Shown piece by piece: positions 45,263-58,700 of a stretch of DNA of 64,000 bases; the first letter of the stretch is position 1, and each line of letters starts with the position of its first letter. The position numbers were made by a program, and so were the translations under genes. This DNA is from a virus, in the IMG/VR virus record IMGVR_UViG_3300040770_000387. One strand, given 5' to 3'. The notes under the pieces are model-generated. The model was not told where the DNA came from and searched no databases. It worked only from the letters and a program-made list of their open reading frames with translations.

Positions 45263-48200
45263 ATGGCTGAAAATATAGTAGACCAAAATACGGATCTATC
45301 CCTATCAGAGATGGAAACTGGTCCAGGTAAAAGACCAACAACAACTGCTCCCTCACAAGGGGGCAGTATTGCTAAACAGCAAAGTAGTTTCATGGGTAAC
45401 TTTTCAGATTCTTTGTCGCAGACTATAGACAAAGAAATGGGAACCGGTCCAAAGACACTTGCTCAACGTTTAGCTCCTGCTCCTTTGCCAGGCGGTATTA
45501 AGTATTATGATCCTTCTCAAGTGGATAGATACACCAGTCAAGAAAACTTTAACCCTTGGGGATTTGACGGAGGTGATCAAATAGGTAATAACGATCGAAA
45601 TGCTGCACAAGAAACCATGAGCTCTGCTTTGTCGAAAGGCTTTGATAGCTTTGGTGAAAAGTTTGGTAACACATTCAAAGATTACTGGAAATCCTACGGA
45701 AGAATGGGTAACGCTTTAATTAACGGAGACTGGGAACTTATGAAGCCTGATGAAGGCACTATGTTACAACAGTACTATACAGATCAAATGGACGCAGACA
45801 AAAACTTTGTGTTCCAAAAGCCAGAAGATGAAGACGGGATTTTTACTAAAAGAACCATGTCAGAATTTATAAGTAACTCCGGTTTTGCCCTGGGTACTTT
45901 TGCAGGAGTAGGTGTGGAAATTGCAGCAGACATTGCTGTAACCTGGGCCTCTGGAGGTTTAGGAGCTGGAAGTTTTATTGCTACAGCTACACGTCTTGCT
46001 GGAAAAGCAGGAGTAAAAATAGGAGCAAGAGAAGGAGCCGAAGTTGCAGCTACAGCTGTAGCTAGAAATGGGTTTAGCTTTGGTAACATGCTTAAAGGAT
46101 TTGAACTTGGAAACAAGGGGGTTGCAGAAATAGGCGCCTCGGCTAACTTACTTAAAAAAATACAACAAACAGAATCAGTAGCCAATATGACTGCGGCAAG
46201 TGCAAGAGGAGCCATGAGGCAATCTTTTGATATTTTTAGCCACAGGTTATTAGATCTGCGCAAAAGTAAAAGTGTACTTGAATTCGGAACTAACCTGGCC
46301 AAGAGCACCCCTGTTCTGGGAACAGGTATTAGCTTTGGAGAAAAAATAGCTGCAGGTGCAAAAGCAGGACTCACTAGTGGAGAGCTTATAGGCATGGGTC
46401 TTCAGGGAGCCAGACGTATGGCGCAAGAGATAAACTTGTCTGCTACCGAAGCTTCTTTTGAAGCAGTAACTACTACAGGAGATACGCTTAATCAAATGCT
46501 TACTCAGTACAGAGAAGACCACGATGGAGATAATCCAAGTGGAGAAGAGTTTGACAAAATGCGCGAGACAGCTTCTCAAGCTAGTAGTGCTAACTACGCT
46601 TCTAATATGGCGGTGCTTATGGGCACAAACAAATTGCAATTTGGAAACATGTTCAACAAGTTTCTTCCTGCTTCTAAAGTCATGTCAGACATGCTTGCGG
46701 AAAGTGCAGAAGATATTGCTTTGGTACAAGCTAAAGGTTTACGTAAATTATACGAAAAAGGCTTTGCAGGAATGTACGGTCTTGCTGGACAAATATCCAA
46801 AGACATGGGTAAAAAAGAAGCAGCGTATCAAATAGGCATGGCTTTTTTAAAAGACGTAGGTTCTTTTGAGATAGCAGAAGGACTTCAGGAAAACGTGCAA
46901 GAAACAACAGCAAACGGCTGGAAAGAATTTTACGCAAACAAATACAGAAATACAGATATCACTTTGACTAAAGCTTTTGGCGATGGTGCAAGAGAACAGT
47001 TTACAAAGCAAGGGTTAAAAACATTTTTGATGGGGGCCTTTACAGGATCTGTTATCAGACTGCCTACAGCAATTGCTACACGAAGTATAGAAAAAGTAAG
47101 ACAAAGCGTTACGGCTGCTCAATACACAGCAGATCCTAGTGCTAATCCTATGGTAAAAGCCAGAGAGCAGATCAGAAAAGATATTGTGTCTACTAACAAG
47201 GTGTTTCAAGAACTGCATGATAAAACATTTGACTATAAAGCATTCAACTTTGCAGCACAAGCAAATGCTGCAGAGAACATGGGTGAAGCAGCAGCTAAAG
47301 GTTTAGAGTATGAGTTTAATAACAATCGTCAAAATGCATTGCTCTCAGCAGTAGGTGCAGCAAAAAGAACTAATTCTATCGATGCGTTGTACGATGCTAT
47401 TAAAGGCATGGGGAATGATACTACCGCTGAACAATTCGAATCACAATTCGGTGTGACTATGGACCAGGTTAAATATGCCACACCTGTAGAATTTGCTCAC
47501 GATGTTGCTGGCAAAATAAAACAATACTCTGAACTTGTAGACGGCATTCGAAAAAACGTAGGTACTTTATCTGAACCACAGCTTTACGCTACAGGAAGTA
47601 TTGATCAACTTGCAGCTTCTCTTCTTCGTCAAGCACAAGATGACGCCGTAGAGATCATTGCTATGAATGCTATGAAAGGAACAATGGCTGCAAAACGAGC
47701 ACAAGAAGTTGCCAAAGACATGTCAAACATACCCGGTGTAGGAAACAGTTCTGATTATGCTATGCGTGTATTGACAAGTCCAAATTACTTGCAGTCTGAA
47801 ACAGGAAATATTATGGCTGAGCTTCGCATACTTTCTGATACGCTAGACGCTGGTGGTTTAAGCAACGCAGTTCGTTCTGATTTAGAAGCCCAACGTGCTG
47901 CTAAAATAGAAGAGGCGTCTCTGCTTAGCAAATGGCAAGGCTATTGGTCAAAGAAAAACGTGTCGCAATCTCTTAAACCAGAAGATGAAGAATGGGTATT
48001 GGATAAGTTCACTGGTGTAGAAGTTCCTATTACTAAAGTAACGGATCAAGATGGTAATGAGATAACGCTCTCTGATGAGGAGAAGGCTTACAATCGAGAA
48101 CACGATGATGTAGCAGATACTTTTCGCAAGCTGATGGACATCAAGAACAAACAAGCAGCAGTTACTTCACCTATTAGTGAAAGCGATATGAGAAAAGGTT

Positions 48201-49732
48201 TCTCAAAAATATCAGACTATTTAAAATTAGACCAAGACACAAAAGACTACATGCATTCGGTTGATGCTTTAAGCAATCCGGATCATTACATGCTTGCTAT
48301 TAAGCGTATGGCTAATGGTAAATTCAAACAGACTTTTATTGTACTGACCGACAATATAACCAACAAAGCTTTTGCTACTACTATTAGTACGTTAGAAGAT
48401 ATTTTTAAAGTAACAAACAACGAAAAAATATTTGACCAAGCTTTAATTTTCCGTGATGAGATTATAGCCAAAGTGCAGCAACTCGAGGCTTATAAAAACT
48501 TAATGGTTTTAATTGTTGACCCTGACCTTGGGTATGAGAATCATGCTTACGCAGTTGCAATGTTTAAAGAAGTAGAAGAAGGTCTCGCTACAATAAGCGA
48601 AGAGATTTTTGATAGAGAAACAGCAGCTGTAGTTAATGCAACACCTATAGTTACTCCAGTAGTAGAGCAAGAAGAAGAAGAAGAAGTAATTCTTCCTCAA
48701 GAACCAGAAGAAACACCTGAGGAAATTAATCCTAACGGGGCCTTTGGTGAAAATACAGTAGTGGTAATAGACAATGGTGATGAAGAAGAAGTGCCTGCTG
48801 TAGAAGAAGAAGAAACTGAATCAAGAGTTGGCGGCTTTAACGAAACAGAACTAAGCATTATTGGTTTATACACTAGACTTAAAGCAGGTGAGCCTTATGA
48901 TAACTTTACAGAAGAAGAAAAGGAATTGTTTTCTACACCAGACACAGAGCATCTTGGGGACGTAACTTTAGAAGAAGACAACGGAGAAGAAGAAGAGGTT
49001 GTAGAAGAAACACCTTTGCCATCAGAGCAGGAAACTCCAACAGAAGAAGAAGTAGTAGATCTTCCTGATAATACTCCTGTACAAGAAGAACCTTTTGCAG
49101 CAGAAGGACTTTACATACGAGACAAACAAGGAAACATTACAACGCAAAGACCTGCCGCTACAGAAGAAGAAGCTATTCAAACGGCTGCTTTAATGAGCAT
49201 CGAGTATTACAATGGCGAATGGGTCAGCTCTTTTTTAAATGGATCTCTTACTGAAATACCAAACCCTGTTGAGCTTACAGCGCAATTTTACGCAGGAGCT
49301 ATTAAAAGCATGGGTCGATTTAACACAACAAAAAGAGAAGGGCTTGAACCAATTAGCACGCTGGAAGAATACGCTAAAATTCCTAATGGAAAACGAGCGC
49401 TTGCATCGCTTAAGGAAAGACTTATTAATCCTAAAGTTAAGACTAATGTTGCAGGCATTGCTGTAACGGAAGTAGTGGAAAAAGAAGTTGTTACAAAACA
49501 AGATACAAGTAAAATTATAGAGACTACGTTTATTACAAAAGCAAAGCTTAAAGCTCTTCATAAAACGCTTACTGCGCTTCGTAAAAGTTATGTTGGAGAA
49601 ACCGAAGATAAAAAGGGTAATACCTTACAAGTTAAACAATTAAAGGTTAACTTTGCTATGACAGCAGAGGCAACCCAAAATGCCGAAGCAAAAGTCATCG
49701 CAGAGCTTCAGGAAATACTTAATTGTTTATAA
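45263..49732 (+). CDS. Large ejection protein with glycine-rich hydrophobic (membrane-inserting-like) segments and an acidic linker
   Basis: GFALGTFAGVGVEIAADIAVTWASGGLGAG; EGLQENVQ...FLMGAFTG; Glu/Pro-rich tract near 48660-49090. Confidence 0.7.
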   Translation: MAENIVDQNTDLSLSEMETGPGKRPTTTAPSQGGSIAKQQSSFMGNFSDSLSQTIDKEMGTGPKTLAQRLAPAPLPGGIKYYDPSQVDRYTSQENFNPWGFDGGDQIGNNDRNAAQETMSSALSKGFDSFGEKFGNTFKDYWKSYGRMGNALINGDWELMKPDEGTMLQQYYTDQMDADKNFVFQKPEDEDGIFTKRTMSEFISNSGFALGTFAGVGVEIAADIAVTWASGGLGAGSFIATATRLAGKAGVKIGAREGAEVAATAVARNGFSFGNMLKGFELGNKGVAEIGASANLLKKIQQTESVANMTAASARGAMRQSFDIFSHRLLDLRKSKSVLEFGTNLAKSTPVLGTGISFGEKIAAGAKAGLTSGELIGMGLQGARRMAQEINLSATEASFEAVTTTGDTLNQMLTQYREDHDGDNPSGEEFDKMRETASQASSANYASNMAVLMGTNKLQFGNMFNKFLPASKVMSDMLAESAEDIALVQAKGLRKLYEKGFAGMYGLAGQISKDMGKKEAAYQIGMAFLKDVGSFEIAEGLQENVQETTANGWKEFYANKYRNTDITLTKAFGDGAREQFTKQGLKTFLMGAFTGSVIRLPTAIATRSIEKVRQSVTAAQYTADPSANPMVKAREQIRKDIVSTNKVFQELHDKTFDYKAFNFAAQANAAENMGEAAAKGLEYEFNNNRQNALLSAVGAAKRTNSIDALYDAIKGMGNDTTAEQFESQFGVTMDQVKYATPVEFAHDVAGKIKQYSELVDGIRKNVGTLSEPQLYATGSIDQLAASLLRQAQDDAVEIIAMNAMKGTMAAKRAQEVAKDMSNIPGVGNSSDYAMRVLTSPNYLQSETGNIMAELRILSDTLDAGGLSNAVRSDLEAQRAAKIEEASLLSKWQGYWSKKNVSQSLKPEDEEWVLDKFTGVEVPITKVTDQDGNEITLSDEEKAYNREHDDVADTFRKLMDIKNKQAAVTSPISESDMRKGFSKISDYLKLDQDTKDYMHSVDALSNPDHYMLAIKRMANGKFKQTFIVLTDNITNKAFATTISTLEDIFKVTNNEKIFDQALIFRDEIIAKVQQLEAYKNLMVLIVDPDLGYENHAYAVAMFKEVEEGLATISEEIFDRETAAVVNATPIVTPVVEQEEEEEVILPQEPEETPEEINPNGAFGENTVVVIDNGDEEEVPAVEEEETESRVGGFNETELSIIGLYTRLKAGEPYDNFTEEEKELFSTPDTEHLGDVTLEEDNGEEEEVVEETPLPSEQETPTEEEVVDLPDNTPVQEEPFAAEGLYIRDKQGNITTQRPAATEEEAIQTAALMSIEYYNGEWVSSFLNGSLTEIPNPVELTAQFYAGAIKSMGRFNTTKREGLEPISTLEEYAKIPNGKRALASLKERLINPKVKTNVAGIAVTEVVEKEVVTKQDTSKIIETTFITKAKLKALHKTLTALRKSYVGETEDKKGNTLQVKQLKVNFAMTAEATQNAEAKVIAELQEILNCL

Positions 49733-49757
49733 TCCCAAATACTAAAGAACCTACCAT

Positions 49758-52700
49758 ATGGCATGTGAAACTACCACTGAAAAGTACACACAAGTTGTGC
49801 AAAAATTAATCGCGATAGATCCTGTAAAATACTCTGAGTTTGATAACATCGCAAAGTTTTTAATTAAAAGCGTGCTTACGCCAGAACAGAAAACATTATC
49901 CTTGCATCATATTGCACACATCTTCAAGTCTTTATCGAGCTTAGCTCCTGAAATTTACAGTATTGGAAACGCACATTTGGTTTCTGAAGGTGTTGTAAAC
50001 ATTGGTGAGCCAGACGTGTACATGGAAGCTATAGGCAGCATTTACGATGTAAAGCCTGATAAGATAGTATCTTTCAAAAAAATAACAGATGCTATATCTG
50101 CAATGGGTAATAGCAAAAACATACCTGTTACCGATGATCTTATTGGTGCTAACGGTGCTTTAGGATTAATGAACCAGTATTTTAATAGTGCTGAGTTTAA
50201 CTCTCGTGAAGAGCGTGCTGAATTACTCAAGCAAGCTTTTGACATGCTTGAGCAAGAAATTGTCAACATGGGGGATCTTCTTCCTGCTTCAAACAAAATG
50301 GCGTTGAGAAGTCAAATTGCTAAAGCAAAAAAATCACTAGAGTCTACTTCTGATTATATCAACAGAGACGACTTAGCTCCTCTTGAAGGATATGACTCTT
50401 ACATGGTGGTTCTTGCTGACGGTTCTATAGTAGAAGCTCAGCTTGGAGAAAACGGAAAGTTTCAATACATATGGTCCAACAACACAGGAGAAGTATCTGA
50501 CATACAAGAAGAAATAGTTTACAGTAAAAAGCTGGCCAATTTTCCTGCGTCAACGCGTCAAAGTATAAAACAAACATTCAAAGCAGATACAATAGCGTCT
50601 AGCTTTAGCATACGCGCTGTAAATCCTGACGACCAGGCTGCCATAGACAAGGTGATCAACAGTTCAGCAAGTCCTCAGTCTAAGATGGAAATAATCCTTG
50701 TGGTTAATTCTGGCATGGCTGATTTTCGTGTAGAAGCTTTACAGGCCAAGGCATCACAAGATCCTAAGCTTGCTTCTTTAGCTAATAGAAACCACGAGAC
50801 TTATGAAACAGCGGGTCAAATAAAAGCTTTACAAGCAACTCCTGACGCCACAATAATGACTGTTGCCCGACCTAAAGCTGGAGAGCAACCTTTTACGCTA
50901 ATGGGTAAAATCAAAGGTACCGATCAAATGTTTTATTTGTACGGTCTTGACAACTATGCTTTTGTAAAATCAGACAACAGCACAGAGCTGGTTGACTTTT
51001 CAAACGAAGGGCACTTGGCCTTAGTTAAAAAACTAGCAGACAAGTGGGGAAATAACTGGGTATCGGAAGATTTAACCCAAGAAGATTTAGATCAGCTTAA
51101 AGCGTCTTACCTACGTCATAAAGAATTTATGGCCGAAATGAGACCTTTAGCTCAAGAAGGTTTTGCTACTGACTTTAACATGGATGTTACCGAAGAGTTC
51201 TTCAACAAATATCGCATAGGAAGAGCTGATAACAACAAAACTTCTGAGAACTTAGACCAAGCTTTAAACAGAGATCGTTCTATATCTAAGTCGCTTACTG
51301 TTGTAACAGTGGTAGACGGAGAAGTAGTTGAGACAGAGCAAAATGTAAAGGTACCTTTCTTTTTTAGCAGAACGTCTTCTACAGAAATGGACTTAAAAGA
51401 TTTTGTACAGCATCAATTTTTGGCCAACAACCAGAAGATCGCGGTTAACACTCCTACCGGAGTAAAGTACATATCAGAAAGAGATTATGCAACACAAGTC
51501 TTAGGCATCAATCACAGCGTAATAGCGCAGAGTGTTACTACAGGACTTACCAACGGAAAAGATTTAGGTCAGAAGAACATACTAATTCAGTTTAACAAAG
51601 ACGGAAGCTTTGGCTATCGCATTGTAGAACCTATGCGTCCTTTTGAAAACGAGATGCAGTTTGGGATGTTTTTAGCCAACATGGTTAATGTAATCGACAG
51701 TGGGTTGACTAACATGGAATCAACAGTAAAAAGTTTTGACAAAGAAGGATTTACTTTTCGTTTCTACAACAACACCAAAGGGCAGACAAGGTTGAAAGTT
51801 AACTTTGCAGCAGGTGCTATGATCAATGGTAAACGAAGCTTGCAAATTGAACTACGTCCATTTGGAAATACTGGAGCATACGATTTCATTGTAGGCTCTT
51901 CTCAGAGCAGACAAGCTTTTAATTTTCCTTTAAACGAAAGTTTAATCAAAGATCTTAACTCTAAAATCAAAGCGCTAAGCAATGGTTCTAAATCTTTACG
52001 TGCGGCACATCCTGGTGTTTTTGGAATTAGCGACACAGAAAGTCTTAAAGGAACTATTGAGTTTTTCCAAAAGCTTGACGCTCTTGTTGGTTTGGGTAAT
52101 GTATCTCCTGAGGTACAAGCTCTGGTAGATGAGATCCGTAAAGCAGAACAGTTGTTTTCCAATCATATTATGGACACGGTTATCGGAGAAAACGCTTCTG
52201 CTCTTATTGCAAAAACAGCAGCCTATCCACAATTCATGGATGCGTTCAGAGAAGACTTTACAAGAAACGGTGTGTTTATGCCTAACTATCTTGTGGGACA
52301 AGATACAGAAGATAACACTTGGCACGCTCGTATTCAGCTTGGTAATGCCAATTCGCATTTCAACAACAGCTTTACCAGAAAAGCAAGAAACTATAAGCTG
52401 CTTACTTTCGATAAAAAAGAAGCACAGATTCTTCCAAACGAAGCAGACAACAGTAAAAGATTAACAGCTAACCCAGCAACAAATGGAGTTGTTGATATTA
52501 GTGTTGAAGAAGTTGTTGAAGAAGAAGTAACTCCAGAAGAAGTAGGTACAGGAACAACAAGTGTAGATGACACGGACGAATACATACCAGACATGTTTTC
52601 GTTGCTAGGTGCTGATGCTGCTTTTGAAACAGAAACAAAAGAAGAGCGCCTTACTACAACACAATGGTTAGCTGATGCTTTACCTCAATTAGGTTTAAGC

Positions 52701-55700
52701 ACAGAAGATGTTGCCGATATGATAGACCTTGCTAAAATTGACGGAAGAGTTCTTGGTGCTATGAAAGATAAGATGATATATCTTAGTAACAGTATGTTGT
52801 CAAAAGGAGTTGTCTATCACGAAGCTTTTCACGGAGTGTTTAGACATCTTATGACTTCTACTGAAAGAGATGCTTTGATTAACAAAGTTACTTTTATGGC
52901 TATGCACCAGTCTAAGTTTACTGATGCGGCACTAGAAGCTTTTGCTAGAGACAGAAACTTACTGTACAACAAGTCAGAGATGGCTCGATTACAAGCAGAA
53001 GAAATTCTGGCTGACGGCTTTCAAAAACACATGAATGAAGGTAAAAAATCTACAGGAATTGTAGCTGCCTTTCACAAAATTTTACGCAAGCTGTTGGAAT
53101 TTTTCAACATGCATTCTAAGCTTATTGATCACACGTACGCTGATATAAGCGACGGACGTTTTAGTCAAAGAGTTGCTCAGTCAGGTATGTTTCAAGATCA
53201 GGTGGCGTACGAGCTTATTCCGGGCTTAAAAGAATATTACATGGATGATGCTTTTGTTACACCAAGAGCTCGCAACGGCGCTTTGTCTACATACGATCAA
53301 AATCAATTGATCAGTACTGTTACAGCATACTTGTTAAATGATTTTGCTAAAGAAGATTTTGATACTAAGTTTGACAGGAATGCTAGAAAAGTGTTGGACG
53401 AAGTGTACAACATAGAAAAGCTGGTGGCACTTAGTCCTAAAAACAGAAAAGGAATCACTGAAAAGTACAACCCTCTTATTAGCAATTACCGATTCATGCT
53501 TGGTGCAAGACGTCCAAGAACAGAAGGAGAAACGTTAATTGAAGGAGAAACAATATATGAAGTAAACATCTCAGGAAACAAAAGCTACGACAAAAAGATA
53601 TTAAGCGTTGCTGTTGTTGATGGAGAAGTTGATAACAATCTTGGACAAGTTTCCTATGATGCTTTAAAAAGAATGGTAAAGAAACAGATCGACAAGACTA
53701 AAGATCTTTACCAAGAACTGGAAGACAGCGCTATTAATCTTAGCAACATAACTGGTGATAAAATCACAGATCAAGACGATGTTAAAAGCGATATCCAAGA
53801 AGGAGGTTCTTTTGATAAAGACAACAACGAGCACAATCCTATGGATGCGATGCCTGCTGTAGTGAGACGTTTGCTTTCACTGGTTCGTTCTACATCTTAT
53901 GATGCGCAGTTTAACATTGAGATTCCAACCATGGTTGATGCCGAGACGCTTTACGGAGCCCTTATAAAAACATCTGCCGATATTGCCCCAGAGCACATTG
54001 TTAATAACATAAAAGTAGTAGGACAAACTCTTGAGAAAGATGGTTACGAAATATCTCGTGATTATATTGCTTTGTACAACGAGATTAGCAGCAAGACCAT
54101 TATGAACGAAGACGGACAACCTTTGGTAAACAAGCAGTTGTTTCGTTCTATGGTAGATGCGCTTCACTTGGCAAGCGTTGAGTTTATGACTATGCACGTA
54201 CAATCAAAGTACGAATACATTCCGGAAGCAAAAGTATCTATTGACGAAACTATTGGTTACACTATAAAAGACAAGATTCAATACGAAGACATCAGCAAAA
54301 AGAAAAAAGATCTTATTGCAAGCATGATTACTACGCACACTGGTGAAGGAAGAACTCCTGCTTACAGAGAAGCTTTGAAAGAAGCGATTAGATTAAGCAC
54401 GCTTATTCTTATTGAGCCAGATCTTTTAAGTGATATCAAATCAACATCAGTAAAACTTGATACGCTTACTAATGATATCCATACTGCTTTTAAAACATTG
54501 GGTATGGTATTCCCTAAGTCTCTTATCAGTCTTTCTCTGATGGCGATAAACACTGTTGATAAAAAGCAAAAGACAGTGCTGGATGATGAAGGAAACTATC
54601 ATCAGTTGCACTATGACATTCATGCTGGTTTTATTGCCGACAAATCTTATTTGGAACTTGACTTTTTTACTGATGTAAAGTACATCTTAGGATTACTTAC
54701 TGGAGCAGAAGCGTTAAGCAACAATCAGTTTGCTAATTTAATGGATGAGTCTAACTTGGAAGTTATGCTTGCTAACCCTAAGAAGTACACAAACATAAAT
54801 CGCTTCAACATTATTGTGGGAAAAGCAATGAGTTATGTTGTTAAGTACGATCCTAGTGAATTGCCAGGTGTTGTAAAAGACTCTGAAGGAAAGACAAGAT
54901 ACCGATATGCTAAGTATTCCCCAGCAACAATTATTGCACAAAAAATTAGACGAGAAGGACTTGACGCTGCATTAAGCGATGATCCGCACTACTTGCATTC
55001 TTTAAAGAACTTTTTTGCTGACAACTATTTCTTTGCTGAAATGTTAGCAGGAGACGATTCTCTAAAGGTAGACATGATGAAGCTTTTCATGAACAACTTT
55101 AAAGTTCAAATGTTCGGAGGAGTTACACAAAGCATCAACGGAGAGTTTCAAAAAGGAAACAGTTTTAAAAACATTGACGAAAAATCACTATATGCTTTGG
55201 GGATCATGTCCTTCCTGAGCAGAACAAACTACAGCAGTTTTAAGAACGTAGTATTAGAAGACGGAACACGTGATGTTAAAGCAACAACTATAAGCACATA
55301 CGCAAGATCTTTTAGTCAACTAGAATCTTCTGACACCAATCTTTTGGTAACGGCGATATACAGTCCGTATGCCAACAGCAAAGGAGTAAGCAAGGACAAA
55401 GAAGGAAGGCTTAAGATTGTCGCCAACATGGAAGCTGTGGTAAAACAAGAGTACAATCGAATTCAAAGAGAATGGTCTTCTCGTGCTGCAGATAAAGAAG
55501 CATACGACTCTGGTAAGAAAGGGCGTTTGATGGCCAACTACAACGGGGTGATTGACGAAAATGACAAGACTAAAGCGGATGTAGAAAACAAAAAACTAAG
55601 AGGACACAAGTTTTCAAAGTTTGCTGATTTCTTTAACTCTGAAAAAGGAGCAGACCTTTCTGAAGCGCTTATCAATATTGCCAAAGCTGAAGGAGAAGAT

Positions 55701-58700
55701 GCTATTGCTTATCAGGATATTGCAGCAGATTTAAAGAAACAACTTTTAGATGCGCTTAATGTATATGCTCAAGATCAATTAGACAAGCATGTGCAACGCC
55801 TTGTAGATATCGAAGTAATCAGCAAAGTAGAAGAGCCTAGAATTAGTATGGCAAGCGGAACAGCTAAAACGCTAGAGACAGCTCCTAATACTTTTTACAT
55901 TTCTTCAGCCATAGCCAAGCAGCTTAAAGTGGCAGGACAACTTCCTGTTGCTATAAACGACATGTATTCTAAAAGTCCAAACAATTTTGATCTTTCAGGA
56001 AATGTTGTTACGGGTAAAGCAGACATTATAGGTCTGGTTCAAGATTCTTTCTTTAACAACTGGGCTAACGCAATGAGCGTGAATGACATTCTTGACGGTG
56101 ATATGGCGATGAACGTAAAAGATCAAGTGGATTACTTCAAAAGACAAAAGAAGTTTTTGGCTGCAGGTAGTACAATGAAAGAAGGATTTCACCGTGTAGC
56201 TTATTTTAACGCGCTTACGATATACATCGATACAAAGAATCCACAATATGGTCCTTACAAAACTTTTGAAGATATTGAAAGTGACACAAGGATTCCTACG
56301 GATGCTCTTCGAGCTGAGATTCAAGAAAATTGGAAGAACAAAAACAATCACTATGAGTCATTTGACGGACAGAGTATTACGTCGCTTATGCATCAGATGG
56401 ATATGCACGAATCAATGGGTCGTTTAAGTGAAGGCATCATAGACATTATGATTGCTAAGCATTACCGCGAACTTTCACAAAAAGAATTGGCTGAAATGAA
56501 AGCCAACAAAGTAGTAAACAACCCAAAGAAAAGCGTTACTGCTGATAGAAATGTGTACCATAAACTTTCTGAGACTTATATTGACAGACTTCAAGTTAGT
56601 GAGCTTTTGTTAAATGGTAAAACAAAAAAAGAAGTAGAAGAAACACTTCATGGATTGTATGCTGAGGTGTATTCTCTTCGTGCGTTACGCCAGGAAGCAC
56701 ACAAAGCAGGAGAGTTTGGTATGATTAGCGATTTAGATGCTCGTATAAAAGTAGCTATTCAATTAGCACACGGTTATTTTGCACCACTAAATCATCGTAA
56801 AGAACAGCACGCAATATTAAACTCTATGGAATACCATCAGGTAGACCAAGTTATGGATACTACTGCTTCAAAGAATGCGACTATACTTCCTTTAGATATA
56901 GAAGCATCTAAGCTTGCTATAGGCGAGTACTTAAATCTTCCTTTAGCTTCTCAAGATCTTGATAACAGATTTAAGTTTCTTCAGGTAGAAACATCAGGAG
57001 TAAAAGACAAAGTTAAAATGTCAGTACAAAGTAAAACTTTGTTACCTGCGGATTTAGCTCGTCTGTTTGAAATTGCTACTGCCGGAGGTAATGAACTTAG
57101 TGCTTCAGAAAAAGCTTCTGTAGATCAAGTTGCTGACACGCTTGTAAAATACCAAGACTCTCTTCGTAAAATTAGCGAGTCTAACATGGCAGCACTTAAG
57201 ACAGTAATGCGCAAAGGAGCTGACTTTGACATGGGTCTGGTTTACAAACTAATCTATGAGAACCTTGCTGCACAAGGAGCACCAAGTCCCACACTTGATT
57301 TGTTTTCAAGAGACGCCTCTGGAAAACCAGTGCACAGCCCAAATCTTCCTGCAATACGAAACATGCTCGAGTACTATTTCTTTTCACAATACTCTAAGCA
57401 TGTTACCGATGAAAAAGGAGCCGGATTTAAAAACATCCACATCAGTTCTTACGGGTACGATGTTGTTGAAGAAATTGCTACTGGTAAAATTATAACAACA
57501 GATACTATTCGAAAAGATCCTCGCAAGTACGAAGACAAAGCTTTATACAAAGCGCGTCCTTTGGGAGTATCTGTGGAAGATGAGTTGGGTAAAGACGGAT
57601 TGCCTACAGGAAGAAAGATCTACTTCATGGAAACCATCATGCCAATGCCTGGTGATTTTAGTAATCCACAACAACGTGAGTTTTACATGAAATATTTGAC
57701 CAAAGCATTTGGGGTTCGTATCCCATCTGAGGACAAAAGATCCATGGTAGCAATAAAGGTGGTAGACTTCTTAGACAGTTCTAATTCAAACGGTATAGTA
57801 ATGCCTCAAATGGTTCACTTGTTAGCAGGTTCCGATTTTGATGTTGATGCACTTTACGGACAAGTGTACGCACATTACGTTAACGCAGCAGGTGTAGCAG
57901 TGCTTTATGGAGATTACGAAAGATACGGTAGTAAAGCTACAGGTGAGTTTGTAGAATTTGTTCACTACATGGGTAAGGATATGGATCTTAAAGAGTTGAT
58001 TACAATTCAAAAGAAAAAACTTTTAGAGCAAGAAGACTATACACCAAGTCAAAACGCTCTTGACATTGTCCTTGACATGGGTTTTGAAAAAGAAGACATT
58101 ATTCAAAACATGAATTTGAAAGAACTTCAAGACACGTATTCTGATTTACAAACAGATTACAAAGCGGCACAAGTTTTAAGCAACTCTGTCGGAGAAGAAT
58201 TTGCTGCAGCAAAAGATTTTGCTATAAAAAATCCTCAAGACAAAGAAGCATCAAAGGAACGCAAAAGATTAGGAGCGTACATCAATGAAGTCAACACGAA
58301 CACAGAAAGACTTCGCGAAGAAAAACGAGAAATTTATCCTGAAATAACAAGGGCAGCTCAGTTCAAAAGAGCAGTGCTTAAAATAGAAGCTACACTTTTA
58401 GTTTTGCAGGCGTACAACCTTCCTGTTAGCCAGGCTAAATTCGAGGCAAATCCGGACTATAATTTAAGTGTTAGACCAAAGTACCAAAACGAAAACTTAG
58501 CGGCTAAAATAGGCATCATGTCTAACGAGGCCGTGTTTAATCATCTTTACATACACGAGCATGCTTCTCCAGAAAGATTTGCCGCTATACTAGATGCAAA
58601 AGGAATTGACATTAAGAAGTTTGGTAGTGGGTATAATCATCTTACCTCTGATGGGATGATCAAGACTAAGGTGACTAACTCGATGAACAAAGACGGTATT